DNA of 64,000 nt from Betaproteobacteria bacterium. Lineage in GTDB: Bacteria > Pseudomonadota > Gammaproteobacteria > Burkholderiales > SG8-41. This document shows, piece after piece, positions 45,981 through 55,895 of the stretch (positions are counted from its first letter, which is position 1; every line of letters starts with the position of its first letter). The notes beneath the pieces are model-generated. The model was given only the letters and a program-made list of their open reading frames with translations, did no database searches and had not been told where the DNA came from. Made by a program: the position numbers and the translations under genes. Location of the stretch: positions 8,649 through 72,648 of the forward strand of contig CANKUB010000009.1 of assembly GCA_947486575.1 (NCBI GenBank), in the 5' to 3' direction.

Positions 45981-47399
45981 ATGAACACCACAAGTGCAGA
46001 CCTGATTGTCATTGGTGGCGGCATTGCCGGGTTGGTAACCGCCAATCGCGCAGCGCAACTGGGGCTAAAAGCGACTGTCCTCGAACAAGGCAGTGCTGAA
46101 AAATATCTGTGTAACACGCGCTACACCGGCGGCACGTTTCACTTGTGCCTGCGCGAAATCACGCTGGATCCCGAATTGCTGCACAAGCTGATTCTTGAAA
46201 CCACCGATGGATTTGTGAAGGACGATCTCGCGCGCCTGATGGCGCACGGCGGCGCCAAACTGATTCAGTGGCTGCAAGGCGAAGGCATCAAATTCATGCG
46301 CGCCAGCGCATCCGAGTACCACAAGTGGGTGCTGGCACCGCCGGGACGCAGCCGCCCCGGTCTGGATTGGGAAGGGCGCGGCGGCGACGTACTGCTGCGT
46401 ACGCTCGAATCGCAACTCGTCAAGCGCGGTGGCACGCTGGTGCGCGGCGCCAAGGCGCAATCGTTGGTCAGCGAGAATGGCAAGTGCGTGGGAGTTGTTG
46501 CACATCACGATGGCGCGGCTCGTGAGTGGCGTGCGCGTGCTGTCGTCGTTGCTGATGGCGGCTTTCAGTGCAACCCGGAAATGATGGAAAAATACGTTTC
46601 CAAACAACCCTCCCGAATGAAACAACGCAACGGTGGAACGGCCTTTGGCGACGGCATGCGCATGGCGCAGACATTGGGGGCCGCGATCGCTGGCATCGAC
46701 CGCTTTTACGGCCATGTACTGTCCAGAGATGCGTTGACCAATGACATGCTGTGGCCTTACCCCTATCTCGATTCGCTGGTCACCGCCGGTATTGTTGTAG
46801 ACCAAGATGGCAAACGCTATACCGATGAAGGCCGGGGTGGTGTCAGTGTTGCCAATGCCGTAGCTGGATTGGATGATCCGTTGTCTTCCACCTGTGTGTT
46901 CGATCAAACGATCTGGGAGGGGCCGGGGCGTAACGGCTTGATTGCTGCCAATCCGCATCTGCTGAAAGAAAAGGCCACCCTTTACGAGGCGAGCGATCTC
47001 GATACGCTTGCAACCCAGGCCGGCCTGAACGCGGCGAACCTGAAAAGCACCATAGCCACCTACAACGCCGCTCTCTCGGCCAACGCGGGCACTACAACGG
47101 TCACGCCCGCCGATGGCATCCCCCGACTCAGTAAAAAATACAAGGCCATGCCCATCGTCAAAGCGCCTTACTACGCCGTGCCGATGGTCAGCGGCATCAC
47201 GTATACGATGGGTGGTATCGTCATCAACACCCACGCGCAGGCATTGCGCAAAGACGGTAGTGTGATTGAAGGACTCTACGCGGCTGGGGCCGCGACAGGC
47301 GGACTAGAAGGCGGGCCACAGATCGGTTACGTGGGCGGTCTGGCGAAAAGCGGCATTACCGGGCTCGCGGCGGCGGAACATATTGCCCAGCGGGTTTAG
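45981..47399 (+). CDS. FAD-binding dehydrogenase (fumarate reductase / succinate dehydrogenase flavoprotein-like)
   Basis: N-terminal ADLIVIGGGIAGL; 472 aa; C-terminal GLYAAGAATGG motif. Confidence 0.85.
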   Translation: MNTTSADLIVIGGGIAGLVTANRAAQLGLKATVLEQGSAEKYLCNTRYTGGTFHLCLREITLDPELLHKLILETTDGFVKDDLARLMAHGGAKLIQWLQGEGIKFMRASASEYHKWVLAPPGRSRPGLDWEGRGGDVLLRTLESQLVKRGGTLVRGAKAQSLVSENGKCVGVVAHHDGAAREWRARAVVVADGGFQCNPEMMEKYVSKQPSRMKQRNGGTAFGDGMRMAQTLGAAIAGIDRFYGHVLSRDALTNDMLWPYPYLDSLVTAGIVVDQDGKRYTDEGRGGVSVANAVAGLDDPLSSTCVFDQTIWEGPGRNGLIAANPHLLKEKATLYEASDLDTLATQAGLNAANLKSTIATYNAALSANAGTTTVTPADGIPRLSKKYKAMPIVKAPYYAVPMVSGITYTMGGIVINTHAQALRKDGSVIEGLYAAGAATGGLEGGPQIGYVGGLAKSGITGLAAAEHIAQRV

Positions 47400-48907
47400 T
47401 CTTTGCTCTGGTAGTCAGCGTCGTCATCAATCTCATACAGCCCGCTGATCTTCACATCAAACCCGATCTTCTCCCATTCACGAATTTCTTCGCTCAGCAC
47501 GGTGTTGGTGAGCGGATTACGCAGCAGCCATGCCGGGTCAATCGCCAGGCGAAACTTGTTTTCAGTAGCGCGGGCGGTGAGGATGCGCGGGTTATTGGCG
47601 GTGCGCCGCTGGCACAGCAACACGGCGATGCGCACGGCGAACACGCTGGCCCAATCCATCGACTCATCCAATTCAGGCAACAGCTTTTTCAGCGAGCGGC
47701 GATGCGCCAGCAGTAACCGCGCGATGCGGTGCTGCTCTTCGCGCGTGAAGCCCGGCATGTCGGCATTGCCCACGATATAGGCTGAATGCCGGTGGTAACT
47801 GCTATAGGCGACGGAAATCCCAATCTCGTGTAACTGCGCGGCCCAGGCGAGATCCTGTGCGCCGCGCGCCGCTTCGCCCGCCAATTGTTCGTACAGGCTC
47901 ACCGCAAGCTGACTCACACGCCGCGCCTGCGCTGCGTCAACATGGTAGCGCTGCATGAACTGCGCTACTGTAGCGTCGCGCGCATCGTGGTGGCTTTTGC
48001 GGCCCAGCATATTGATCAGGATGCCTTCGCGCATGGCGCCGTCGGCAACGGTCATTTGTTGAATATCGAGTTCGGAGAGCACCGCGATCATGATCGCCAG
48101 TCCGCCCGGCAGCACAGACGCGCGATCGTCGCGCAGGCCTTCGATAGTGACGCGTGACATTTCACCGCCCTTGATCAACTGCGCACGCAGGCGTTCCAAC
48201 CCATCAGGCGTGATGCCAGCATTGCTGAATCCGTTCAGTTGCAGCACCTGCGCCAGCGCACGCGCGGTGCCGGAAGACCCCACGGCGTGTTTCCAGTTAC
48301 CGCGCGAAAACCCGGCGACGATGTGTTGCAGCTCGGCACGGGCGGCAAGATCGGCTTCCTTGAACGCAGCCTTGCTGAGTTTGCCGTCTTTGAAAAACCG
48401 CCGGGTGAACGACACGCAACCCATATACAGGCTATCGAGGCGCAGCGGTTCGTAGCCCTCGCCGACGATAAATTCGGTAGAGCCACCGCCGATGTCCATA
48501 ACCAGACGCCGTTCACTTGAAACCGGCAGGCTGTGCGAGACGCCCAGATAAATCAGCCGCGCTTCTTCCCGCCCGGCGATCACTTCAATCGGGAAACCCA
48601 ACGCGGCCTCGGCCTTTTTCAAAAACGCCGACGCATTTTTTGCCACCCGCAATGTATTGGTGCCCAACGCGCACACGTCACTGGCGTGAAAGCTGCGCAG
48701 GCGTTCGCTAAAACGTTGCAGACAGGCAATGGCGCGCGCCTGCGACGGCTCGTCAAGCACCTTGTCGTCATCGAGGCCCGCGCCCAGACGCACGGCTTCA
48801 CGCAAACCATCCAGCGGGTACGTCTGTTCGCCGTCTACCCGGGCGATCTGGCAATGGAACGAATTAGAGCCGAGATCGACTGCGGCAATGGTGGTGTATT
48901 CAGCCAC
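47396..48907 (-). CDS. ppx: exopolyphosphatase / guanosine pentaphosphate phosphohydrolase (Ppx/GppA family)
   Basis: N-terminus AAVDLGSNSFH; 503 aa. Its stop overlaps the convergent FAD-dehydrogenase stop by 4 nt. Confidence 0.9.
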   Translation of the reverse strand: MAEYTTIAAVDLGSNSFHCQIARVDGEQTYPLDGLREAVRLGAGLDDDKVLDEPSQARAIACLQRFSERLRSFHASDVCALGTNTLRVAKNASAFLKKAEAALGFPIEVIAGREEARLIYLGVSHSLPVSSERRLVMDIGGGSTEFIVGEGYEPLRLDSLYMGCVSFTRRFFKDGKLSKAAFKEADLAARAELQHIVAGFSRGNWKHAVGSSGTARALAQVLQLNGFSNAGITPDGLERLRAQLIKGGEMSRVTIEGLRDDRASVLPGGLAIMIAVLSELDIQQMTVADGAMREGILINMLGRKSHHDARDATVAQFMQRYHVDAAQARRVSQLAVSLYEQLAGEAARGAQDLAWAAQLHEIGISVAYSSYHRHSAYIVGNADMPGFTREEQHRIARLLLAHRRSLKKLLPELDESMDWASVFAVRIAVLLCQRRTANNPRILTARATENKFRLAIDPAWLLRNPLTNTVLSEEIREWEKIGFDVKISGLYEIDDDADYQSKD

Positions 48908-48909
48908 AA

Positions 48910-49581
48910 TTACAACGAACTGTTTTTATTGTATTTTTTCACGCCGTCCACAGCGCCCAGCAGCAGCACATCGGCGCCGCGCCGCGCGAACAAACCGTTG
49001 GTGACGACGCCGGTAATTTGATTCAGGGCCGCCTCCAGTTCCAGCGGCTGGGTGATGGACATATTGTGCACATCGAGAATCAGATTACCGTTGTCGGTGA
49101 TGAAACCTTGCCGCCACGCCGGTTGCCCGCCCAGCTTGACGATTTCACGCGCCACGTATGAGCGTGCCATCGGAATCACTTCCACGGGCAGCGGGAATTT
49201 GCCGAGCACATCTACCAGCTTGGAGTGATCGGCGATGCAGATAAATTTGCGCGCCACTGCAGCAACGATTTTCTCGCGCGTTAGTGCGCCGCCGCCACCT
49301 TTGATCATGGCAAGATGCGGCGTGATTTCATCAGCGCCATCCACATACACCGGCAAATCTTTTACGCCGTTAAGATCATAGACCGCGATGCCCAATGCCT
49401 TCAGCTTTTGCGCCGTGCCTTCAGAGCTTGCCACGGCGCCATCAATGCGATGCTGGATCTTGCCCAACGCGGCGATAAATAAATCTGCCGTCGAGCCGGT
49501 GCCCACGCCAACCACGCTGCCGTCCTCAACGTAACCTATTGCGGCTTCGGCGGCGGCTTGCTTCATCTCTGTCTGGTTCAT
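48910..49581 (-). CDS. rpiA: ribose-5-phosphate isomerase A
   Basis: 223 aa. RpiA motifs ([24 protein letters not shown]). Confidence 0.9.
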   Translation of the reverse strand: MNQTEMKQAAAEAAIGYVEDGSVVGVGTGSTADLFIAALGKIQHRIDGAVASSEGTAQKLKALGIAVYDLNGVKDLPVYVDGADEITPHLAMIKGGGGALTREKIVAAVARKFICIADHSKLVDVLGKFPLPVEVIPMARSYVAREIVKLGGQPAWRQGFITDNGNLILDVHNMSITQPLELEAALNQITGVVTNGLFARRGADVLLLGAVDGVKKYNKNSSL

Positions 49582-49653
49582 GGGCGAATGATAATCTTCA
49601 ATTGCCGCGCTGTACAGCCGCAGCCGACGGAATCCTGCTAACCTTGCAAGTCT

Positions 49654-51180
49654 ATGACAGCCCCTGATTATCTCAAGCGCATCCTCGGTGCGCGCGTGTA
49701 CGATGTCGCCATTGAATCGCCGCTGGAGTTTGCCCCTAATTTATCCCGACGCCTGAACAATCGCGTGCTGATCAAGCGCGAAGATTTGCAGCCCGTGTTT
49801 TCATTCAAGCTGCGCGGCGCTTACAATAAGATGGTGCGACTGCCGCAAACCGCCCGCGATCGTGGCGTGATTGCCGCTTCGGCCGGCAATCACGCGCAAG
49901 GCGTGGCTTTGGCCGCACAAAAGCTGCACTGCAAGGCAACCATTGTGATGCCGGTGACCACGCCGCAGATCAAGGTCGAAGCGGTGCGCTCGCGCGGGGC
50001 AAAAGTGATGTTGCAGGGTGACTCCTACGCTGAGGCTTTTGCGCACGCCAAATTAATCGAGCAAAAACAAAAGCTTACGTTTGTGCATCCGTATGATGAT
50101 GCGGACGTCATCGCGGGGCAGGGCACCATTGGTATGGAGATTTTGCGCCAGTATGGTGAGCCGATACATGCAATTTTCGTACCGGTAGGCGGCGGCGGAT
50201 TGATTGCGGGTATCGCCGCCTACGTTAAACGCCTGCGGCCTGAAATCAAAATCATCGGTGTTGAACCTAACGATGCTGATGCCATGTATCAATCGCTGAA
50301 AAAGGGCCGTCGCGTCACGCTGGATCAAGTGGGTTTGTTTGCCGATGGCGTGGCGGTCAAGCAGGTGGGCGCAGAAACATTTCGTTTGTGCCGCACGCTG
50401 GTGGACGACATTATTCGCGTGGATACCGATGCCATGTGCGCGGCGATCAAGGATGTGTTTACCGACACGCGCGTAATACTCGAAGCGGCCGGCGCGCTGT
50501 CAATAGCGGGCATTAAGGCTTACACGGCGGCCCACGCCAAGAAAACGCGCGTGCAGGGGCAAACACTGATTGCGGTGGCCAGTGGTGCTAACATGAATTT
50601 CGACCGCCTGCGTTTCGTGGCCGAAGAAGCCGAGGTCGGCGAACACCGTGAAGCCATCCTCGCAGTGACGATTCCCGAAAAGCCCGGCAGCTTCAAAACG
50701 TTTTGCGAACTGCTGGGGCCACGCAACGTGACGGAATTCAATTACCGTTACGACGACCCCAAAGCCGCGCAGGTGTTTGTCGGCGTGCAGGTTAAAAACC
50801 GCGACGAGACCGCCAAGCTCACGCGCGCGCTGCGCCGTGCGGGGCTTACAACGCACGACTTTAGTAACAACGATCTGGCAAAACTGCACATACGCCACAC
50901 CGTCGGCGGCCATGCGCCATCGGCAAAAAACGAAATCCTCTACCGTTTTGAATTTCCGGAACGGCCCGGTGCGTTGATTCGATTTTTAACCAGCATGAAC
51001 CACGGCTGGAATATCAGCCTGTTTCATTACCGCAACCACGGCGCCGATTACGGCCGTGTGCTGGTGGGCATGCAGGTGCCGCCGCAGGATAAAAAACAGT
51101 TTCAGGCGTTTCTGGATAAAGTGGGTTATCCGTATTGCGATGAAACACGCAATCCGGCATACCGCTTGTTTTTGGGTTAA
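49654..51180 (+). CDS. ilvA: biosynthetic threonine ammonia-lyase (threonine dehydratase)
   Basis: 508 aa. PLP-lysine region ([13 protein letters not shown]) plus two C-terminal ACT-like regulatory repeats. Confidence 0.92.
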   Translation: MTAPDYLKRILGARVYDVAIESPLEFAPNLSRRLNNRVLIKREDLQPVFSFKLRGAYNKMVRLPQTARDRGVIAASAGNHAQGVALAAQKLHCKATIVMPVTTPQIKVEAVRSRGAKVMLQGDSYAEAFAHAKLIEQKQKLTFVHPYDDADVIAGQGTIGMEILRQYGEPIHAIFVPVGGGGLIAGIAAYVKRLRPEIKIIGVEPNDADAMYQSLKKGRRVTLDQVGLFADGVAVKQVGAETFRLCRTLVDDIIRVDTDAMCAAIKDVFTDTRVILEAAGALSIAGIKAYTAAHAKKTRVQGQTLIAVASGANMNFDRLRFVAEEAEVGEHREAILAVTIPEKPGSFKTFCELLGPRNVTEFNYRYDDPKAAQVFVGVQVKNRDETAKLTRALRRAGLTTHDFSNNDLAKLHIRHTVGGHAPSAKNEILYRFEFPERPGALIRFLTSMNHGWNISLFHYRNHGADYGRVLVGMQVPPQDKKQFQAFLDKVGYPYCDETRNPAYRLFLG

Positions 51181-51203
51181 TGCAAGTTCGCTACAATGTG
51201 CCC

Positions 51204-53126
51204 ATGAAATTTGCCCGAACACTTTTGCTTCCTCTGTTGCTTGCGGGCCCCGTTAGCGCCGCGCCTGGCGATGACGATTTCACCGCCATGCGCGAAGCGT
51301 TTCGCGTCAACGACACACGCAAGCTCGATGCCTACGCACCCAAGCTCAAAGGTCACGTGCTGGAGCCGTACGCCGCATATTGGCAATTGCGTTCGCGGCT
51401 GGATGACGCCACGCCCGAAACCGTGCGCGCGTTTCTGGCCGAATACAAAGACTCCTTTGTCGCCGAGCGTATGCGTGCCGACTGGTTAAAGCGCCTCGGT
51501 AAAAATCAGCAATGGGAAATCTTCGAGGCCGAGCGCGCGGCGCTGGTTGAAGATGATATCGAGATCACCTGCTACGGTTTGCAGGCGCGTGCGCGCACCG
51601 ATGCCACGGCAGTGCGCGAAGCGCGCTCACTGTGGTTTACCGAAAAAGATACGCCCGCGAGTTGTGCGCCGCTGTTCACGCAATTGGCCGCCTCCAATCA
51701 ACTGAGTGTGCAGGATGTGTGGGGGCGCATACGCTTGGCGTTGGCGGCGGGGCAAGTGGGTGTGGCTACGCGCGCGGCGGCGTTTTTGCCTGCGGGTCAG
51801 GGGCCAAATCCTACAGTGCTCTCTGCGGTATCGCAAAATCCGGCGAGTCAACTGGCGCGTCCGTTTGATGCAACCAGCCGCGCCGCGCGCGAAACCACTA
51901 TGTTTGCTGCTTACCGTTTGGCACGCACGTCACCACAGCAAGCCGCCAGCCATTGGGCGGTCATGGAAGCCAAATTTACCGAAGAAGAACGCGCGTTTGT
52001 GTGGGGCCACATCGGGTTGCAGGGCGCGCTGCGGCATGACCCTGGCACGCTATCGTGGTACGCCAAAGCGGGGGCCGGTGGTGACATGAGCGATTATCAG
52101 CTGGAGTGGAAAGCGCGAGCTGCCTTGCGCGCAGGCGACTGGAAAACGCTGATCGCCGCCGTGGATGTGATGGTGGTGGAAGGCAAAGATTCGCCGTGGC
52201 GCTACTGGAAAGCGCGCGCATTAAAAGCCACCGGGCGTGAAGCCGAAGCACTGGCGCTGTTAAAGCCACTGTCGCAGGAATACATTTTTTACGGCCAACT
52301 GGCGTTGGAAGAATTGGGCGGCAAAGTTAGCGCACCGCCCGCGCCGTACACGCCCACCGCTGCGGAAATTCAGGCGATGACGCAAACCCCCGGCTTGCGG
52401 CGCGCGCAGGCGTTGTATGCGCTAGGTTTGCGCGTGGAGGCCAACCGCGAATGGATGTGGACCCTGCGCGATATGGATGACCGCAAGTTGATTGCGGCGG
52501 CTGAGGTTGCCAAACGTGCCGATATTCCCGATCGCGTTATCAACACCGCCGAAAAAACTGCAACGCTGCACGATTTTAAATTGCGCTACTACGCGCCGTA
52601 CCGCGATGTGTTGAAGGGCCACGCCGCGCGGCAGGGCCTGGACGAAGCATGGGTGCTCGGTTTGATACGGCAGGAAAGCCGCTTCATCGCCGACATACGC
52701 TCAAGTGCGGGCGCAATGGGTTTAATGCAGTTGATGCCAGGCACCGCGCAATGGGTAGCAGGCAAAATGGGGCTTAAAAACTGGCGCTGGGCGGGCGTGA
52801 CGGATGTGGATACCAATCTGAGCCTCGGCACGTACTACCTGCGCCACGTCTACGATTATCTCGATGGCAGTGCCGCGATGGCGACAGCCGCCTACAACGC
52901 CGGGCCGGGCCGGGCGCGCGCATGGCGGCCCGATCACACGATGGAAGCCGCTGCTTGGGCAGAAACGATTCCGTTTAACGAAACACGGCATTACGTCAAA
53001 CTGGTAATGGCCAACGCTAGCTATTACGCGAGCTTGTTCACGCAGCAAACGCAATCGTTGAAAGGCCGCATCGGTGATGTGGGGCCAGCGCGACGGGATG
53101 AGAAGTCGCTGGGAGATACGCCGTAG
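51204..53126 (+). CDS. slt: soluble lytic murein transglycosylase (Slt70-like)
   Basis: Signal peptide MKFARTLLLPLLLAGPVSA, a superhelical N-domain, and the catalytic region GLIRQESRF...GLMQLMPGTA. Confidence 0.85.
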   Translation: MKFARTLLLPLLLAGPVSAAPGDDDFTAMREAFRVNDTRKLDAYAPKLKGHVLEPYAAYWQLRSRLDDATPETVRAFLAEYKDSFVAERMRADWLKRLGKNQQWEIFEAERAALVEDDIEITCYGLQARARTDATAVREARSLWFTEKDTPASCAPLFTQLAASNQLSVQDVWGRIRLALAAGQVGVATRAAAFLPAGQGPNPTVLSAVSQNPASQLARPFDATSRAARETTMFAAYRLARTSPQQAASHWAVMEAKFTEEERAFVWGHIGLQGALRHDPGTLSWYAKAGAGGDMSDYQLEWKARAALRAGDWKTLIAAVDVMVVEGKDSPWRYWKARALKATGREAEALALLKPLSQEYIFYGQLALEELGGKVSAPPAPYTPTAAEIQAMTQTPGLRRAQALYALGLRVEANREWMWTLRDMDDRKLIAAAEVAKRADIPDRVINTAEKTATLHDFKLRYYAPYRDVLKGHAARQGLDEAWVLGLIRQESRFIADIRSSAGAMGLMQLMPGTAQWVAGKMGLKNWRWAGVTDVDTNLSLGTYYLRHVYDYLDGSAAMATAAYNAGPGRARAWRPDHTMEAAAWAETIPFNETRHYVKLVMANASYYASLFTQQTQSLKGRIGDVGPARRDEKSLGDTP

Positions 53127-53142
53127 CTATCGGAATAATGCA

Positions 53143-53183
53143 CTAACAGAAGCAGAAATAATTCAATAAAAACAAATGGTTAC
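53143..53183 (+). repeat. left copy of ~41-bp direct repeat flanking vapBC
   Basis: CTAACAGAAGCAGAAATAATTCAATAAAAACAAATGGTTAC. It matches 53944-53983 with 3 mismatches and 1 indel. Confidence 0.7.
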
Positions 53184-53190
53184 TTATCAT
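53162..53190 (+). promoter_or_regulatory. candidate sigma70-type promoter for vapBC
   Basis: TTCAAT (53162-53167), a 17-nt spacer, then TATCAT (53185-53190), about 90 nt upstream of the vapB ATG. Sequence resemblance only. Confidence 0.3.
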
Positions 53191-53278
53191 CGTGTCCGGC
53201 CCTGTATTTGTAGCTGTTTACAGGTAAGGTAATTTTACATTACGATGTGCCATATCAAAAACCCGCGAGAGGTTCGCC

Positions 53279-53530
53279 ATGACCACATTGACTATTACCG
53301 CTAAAGGGCAGGTAACATTTAGAAAAGACGTGCTGCAACACTTGGGCATCAAGCCCGGCGACAAGATCGAACTGGATTTACTGCCCGATGGGCGGGGATT
53401 GCTCAAAGCAGCGCGGCCCGCCGCAACGATCAAGGGCTTCTGCGGGTTGCTCGCGGGCCGCACAAAGAAGGTCGCTACTATCGAAGAAATCAGCGCGGCA
53501 ATGGCACAAGGCTGGGCCGGCAAAAAATGA
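53279..53530 (+). CDS. vapB: AbrB/MazE/SpoVT-family antitoxin (VapB-like)
   Basis: 83 aa. The N-terminus TITAKGQVTFRKDVLQHLGIKPGDKI matches the SpoVT/AbrB swapped-hairpin motif. ATGA overlap with the toxin gene. Confidence 0.85.
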   Translation: MTTLTITAKGQVTFRKDVLQHLGIKPGDKIELDLLPDGRGLLKAARPAATIKGFCGLLAGRTKKVATIEEISAAMAQGWAGKK

Positions 53531-53922
53531 AGGTGGCTGTTGATACCAATGTCCTTGTTCGGGCTGTAGTGCGCGACGATCCAGTGCAGGCGCGCGCCGC
53601 CATCAAGGTTTTGACTAACGCCGAATTGATTGCCATCGCGCTGCCGTGCCTGTGTGAGCTGGTGTGGGTGCTGCGCAGCGTCTACGGCTTCCAAACCGCC
53701 GATGCGTCCGCCGCAATCCGCGCGCTGCTCGCTGCTGCAAACGTGGCAATGAACCGGCCAGCGGTAGAAGCGGGCTTATCCATGCTTGAGGCCGGCGGGG
53801 ACTTCGCTGATGGTGTTGTCGCCTATGAAGGGAACTGGCTCGGTGGGGAAACCTTCATTTCCTTCGACAAAAAGGCGGTTGCGCTACTCGCGGCACAAGG
53901 ACAACTGGCGCGTCTTTTGTGA
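53527..53922 (+). CDS. vapC: PIN-domain ribonuclease toxin (VapC-like)
   Basis: 131 aa. Acidic residues in the usual PIN positions (VAVDTNVL, CELVWVL, DFADGV, SFDKK). Confidence 0.85.
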   Translation: MKVAVDTNVLVRAVVRDDPVQARAAIKVLTNAELIAIALPCLCELVWVLRSVYGFQTADASAAIRALLAAANVAMNRPAVEAGLSMLEAGGDFADGVVAYEGNWLGGETFISFDKKAVALLAAQGQLARLL

Positions 53923-53943
53923 AGTAGTGCCAGAGTGCGCGCG

Positions 53944-53983
53944 CTAACAGAAACTGAAATAATTCAATAAAACAAATAGTTAC
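53944..53983 (+). repeat. right copy of direct repeat flanking vapBC
   Basis: CTAACAGAAACTGAAATAATTCAATAAAACAAATAGTTAC. Confidence 0.7.
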
Positions 53984-54041
53984 GACATATCGCGGTTGAA
54001 TCTATTTTGACCCGAAGTTTTTTTCTTTCTCAGAAGACTTC

Positions 54042-54497
54042 ATGAAACCCCTCCATCTGTTTGCCTTGACCTCGGTCGCCGTGCTCACTTTGATCAGCCC
54101 CGCCCATGCCGCCGACCCCTCTGATACGCGTCAAGCCATCGTTTTGACACCAAGGGAATACAGCTTTCTGCTCAGCGAAATGCGTGGACATCTGGATGCA
54201 ATCGGAATTGCATAGCAAGCACTGTCCACGGGCGATATGGAAACTTCCCGCCAGGCGATGCTCGAACGCGGCACGGCGCGCCTGAAATCCCCTCCTCCGG
54301 GCCGACCGCCGAGTTTCGCGCACAAAATACCCGATGCGTGGAGAGTCCTGGCTTCAGGCATGCACCAGTCATACGATAGCGTAGCCGAAGGCATTGCCGA
54401 CAAGGAAACTGCGCAGCGACTGATGGGGCGCATGGCCAAATTGATGCGTAACTGTGCAGGCTGTCACGCCTCATACCGGTTGATCGCGGCACCCTGA
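54042..54497 (+). pseudogene. periplasmic class II (cytochrome c'/c556-like) cytochrome c with in-frame TAG
   Basis: ATG 54042 encodes a signal peptide (MKPLHLFALTSVAVLTLISPAHA/A). TAG at 54213-54215 is in frame. The same frame continues to a C-terminal CAGCH heme motif and stops at 54495-54497, about 151 codons in total. Confidence 0.65.
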
Positions 54498-54586
54498 ATA
54501 CAGCGACGAAGGGCGTCAATAACCGAAGGGCATTGCGCTGTGATCGAACAGACCCGTATGCAATGCAGCGCAAATTGCCGCGCCCC

Positions 54587-55657
54587 CTACATTTTCTCCA
54601 TCACCTGTCTGGCGAAACGCTCCATCACCTCGTAGCGTTGCTTGAATGGCGGAAAGAAAGTTATCTGGTTCAGCCCCTCACGCTCAAGCTGCCGCAACTG
54701 CTCCACCAGCGCTGGTGGTTCGCCGATGATGCAGAAGTTGCGCAGGATTTCCGGCGTGAGAAATTGCGCTTCGTCAGCCTGTAGCGTGAGGTAGTGGGTT
54801 TCGTGCAGCGCGAGATGCGCATCCGCGCCGGACTGCCGTTTCACGAACGCCATATAGTCGTCCCACACCGGGCGCACGTACGCTGGCGGCTCTTTGCCGG
54901 TTTCGCGCACCCAATCTGCCAGGTAGTGAAAATTCGCCATCACCGATGGGCCGATGGCGTTGATGACGCGGTCGGACGTAAGTGGTTCGCCCGGCTCAAG
55001 CATCAGCAGATTGACCAGCGCGGCAGTGTGGTAGTTGGCAGGCAGCGTGCGGCCGACTTTCGCTGCGCCGCGCCGCACATGGCCTATGGCCTCGGCGAAT
55101 GTGCCGCCACGCGGAATGGAGACGCACAGGCCGTCGCCCGTGTCACCAGCCACCGCCAGCGACAACGGGCCATTGCCGGCGACGTGAATTTCGGGCAAGG
55201 GGTCCAGCCGCACATGCTCTTGCTCCAGCCCGGTAAAGCGCACCGGGTGCTCCGGCGTGCCGGGGCCGCCAGCGGCGTACATCACTTCTTCGCCGCGCAG
55301 CAGGGCTTTGACCACGCGCACATACTCGCGCATGGCTTTTGCGCCGGTGGGGCGCAGGCCCATCATGCGCATGGCGGTGTTGCCCGCGCCGATGATGGCG
55401 TAGGTGCGGCCCGGTGCGAGTGCGTTGATCGTGGCGATGCCGCTCGCCGCTTCGGGGGCGAGCCGCATGCCGCACACCAGCACGCCGCTGCCGATCTTGA
55501 TGGTTTTGGTCGCCAGCGCCACTGCCGCCATGGTGGCGAACACATTTGAGCGTATCAATGGCGTATCCGGCACCCAGCAGCGTGTAAAGCCGAGACGCTC
55601 GCCGTGCTGTGCGTAGTCTACGGCGGCAATAGTTCCAACGGCGACCCCGAATTCCAT
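54587..55657 (-). CDS. luciferase-like (LLM-class) flavin-dependent oxidoreductase
   Basis: 356 aa from MEFGVAVGT...GFTRCWVPD, a TIM-barrel LLM pattern. The ORF-track start at 55855 is an upstream extension. Confidence 0.85.
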   Translation of the reverse strand: MEFGVAVGTIAAVDYAQHGERLGFTRCWVPDTPLIRSNVFATMAAVALATKTIKIGSGVLVCGMRLAPEAASGIATINALAPGRTYAIIGAGNTAMRMMGLRPTGAKAMREYVRVVKALLRGEEVMYAAGGPGTPEHPVRFTGLEQEHVRLDPLPEIHVAGNGPLSLAVAGDTGDGLCVSIPRGGTFAEAIGHVRRGAAKVGRTLPANYHTAALVNLLMLEPGEPLTSDRVINAIGPSVMANFHYLADWVRETGKEPPAYVRPVWDDYMAFVKRQSGADAHLALHETHYLTLQADEAQFLTPEILRNFCIIGEPPALVEQLRQLEREGLNQITFFPPFKQRYEVMERFARQVMEKM

Positions 55658-55895
55658 AAACGGCTCCCAAGTTGTGAAAAGCATGAAAAGTGAAGACAGC
55701 GGCAGACTACACGAAATTTTCGCTCCGGCGCGCAAGCGCCTTGTTCGATGCCAACGTCGATGCCAGCGCCCTGCGCAGCTTGATAAACGCACGCATAATT
55801 TAAAAGTCATTGGGCGATACGCCGTAATTTCAGGTGCGCATGTTCCACACACCATGATCGGTTAAACTGCGTGCCTGTACTTCGATTTCGGGTGA

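Noticed and set aside
53143-53983. Integron-type attC sites flanking vapBC
   Set aside because: The repeats lack internal inverted-repeat (L'/L'') pairing. Their ends (CTAAC...GTTAC) do not satisfy RYYYAAC / GTTRRRY, and no intI gene is present.
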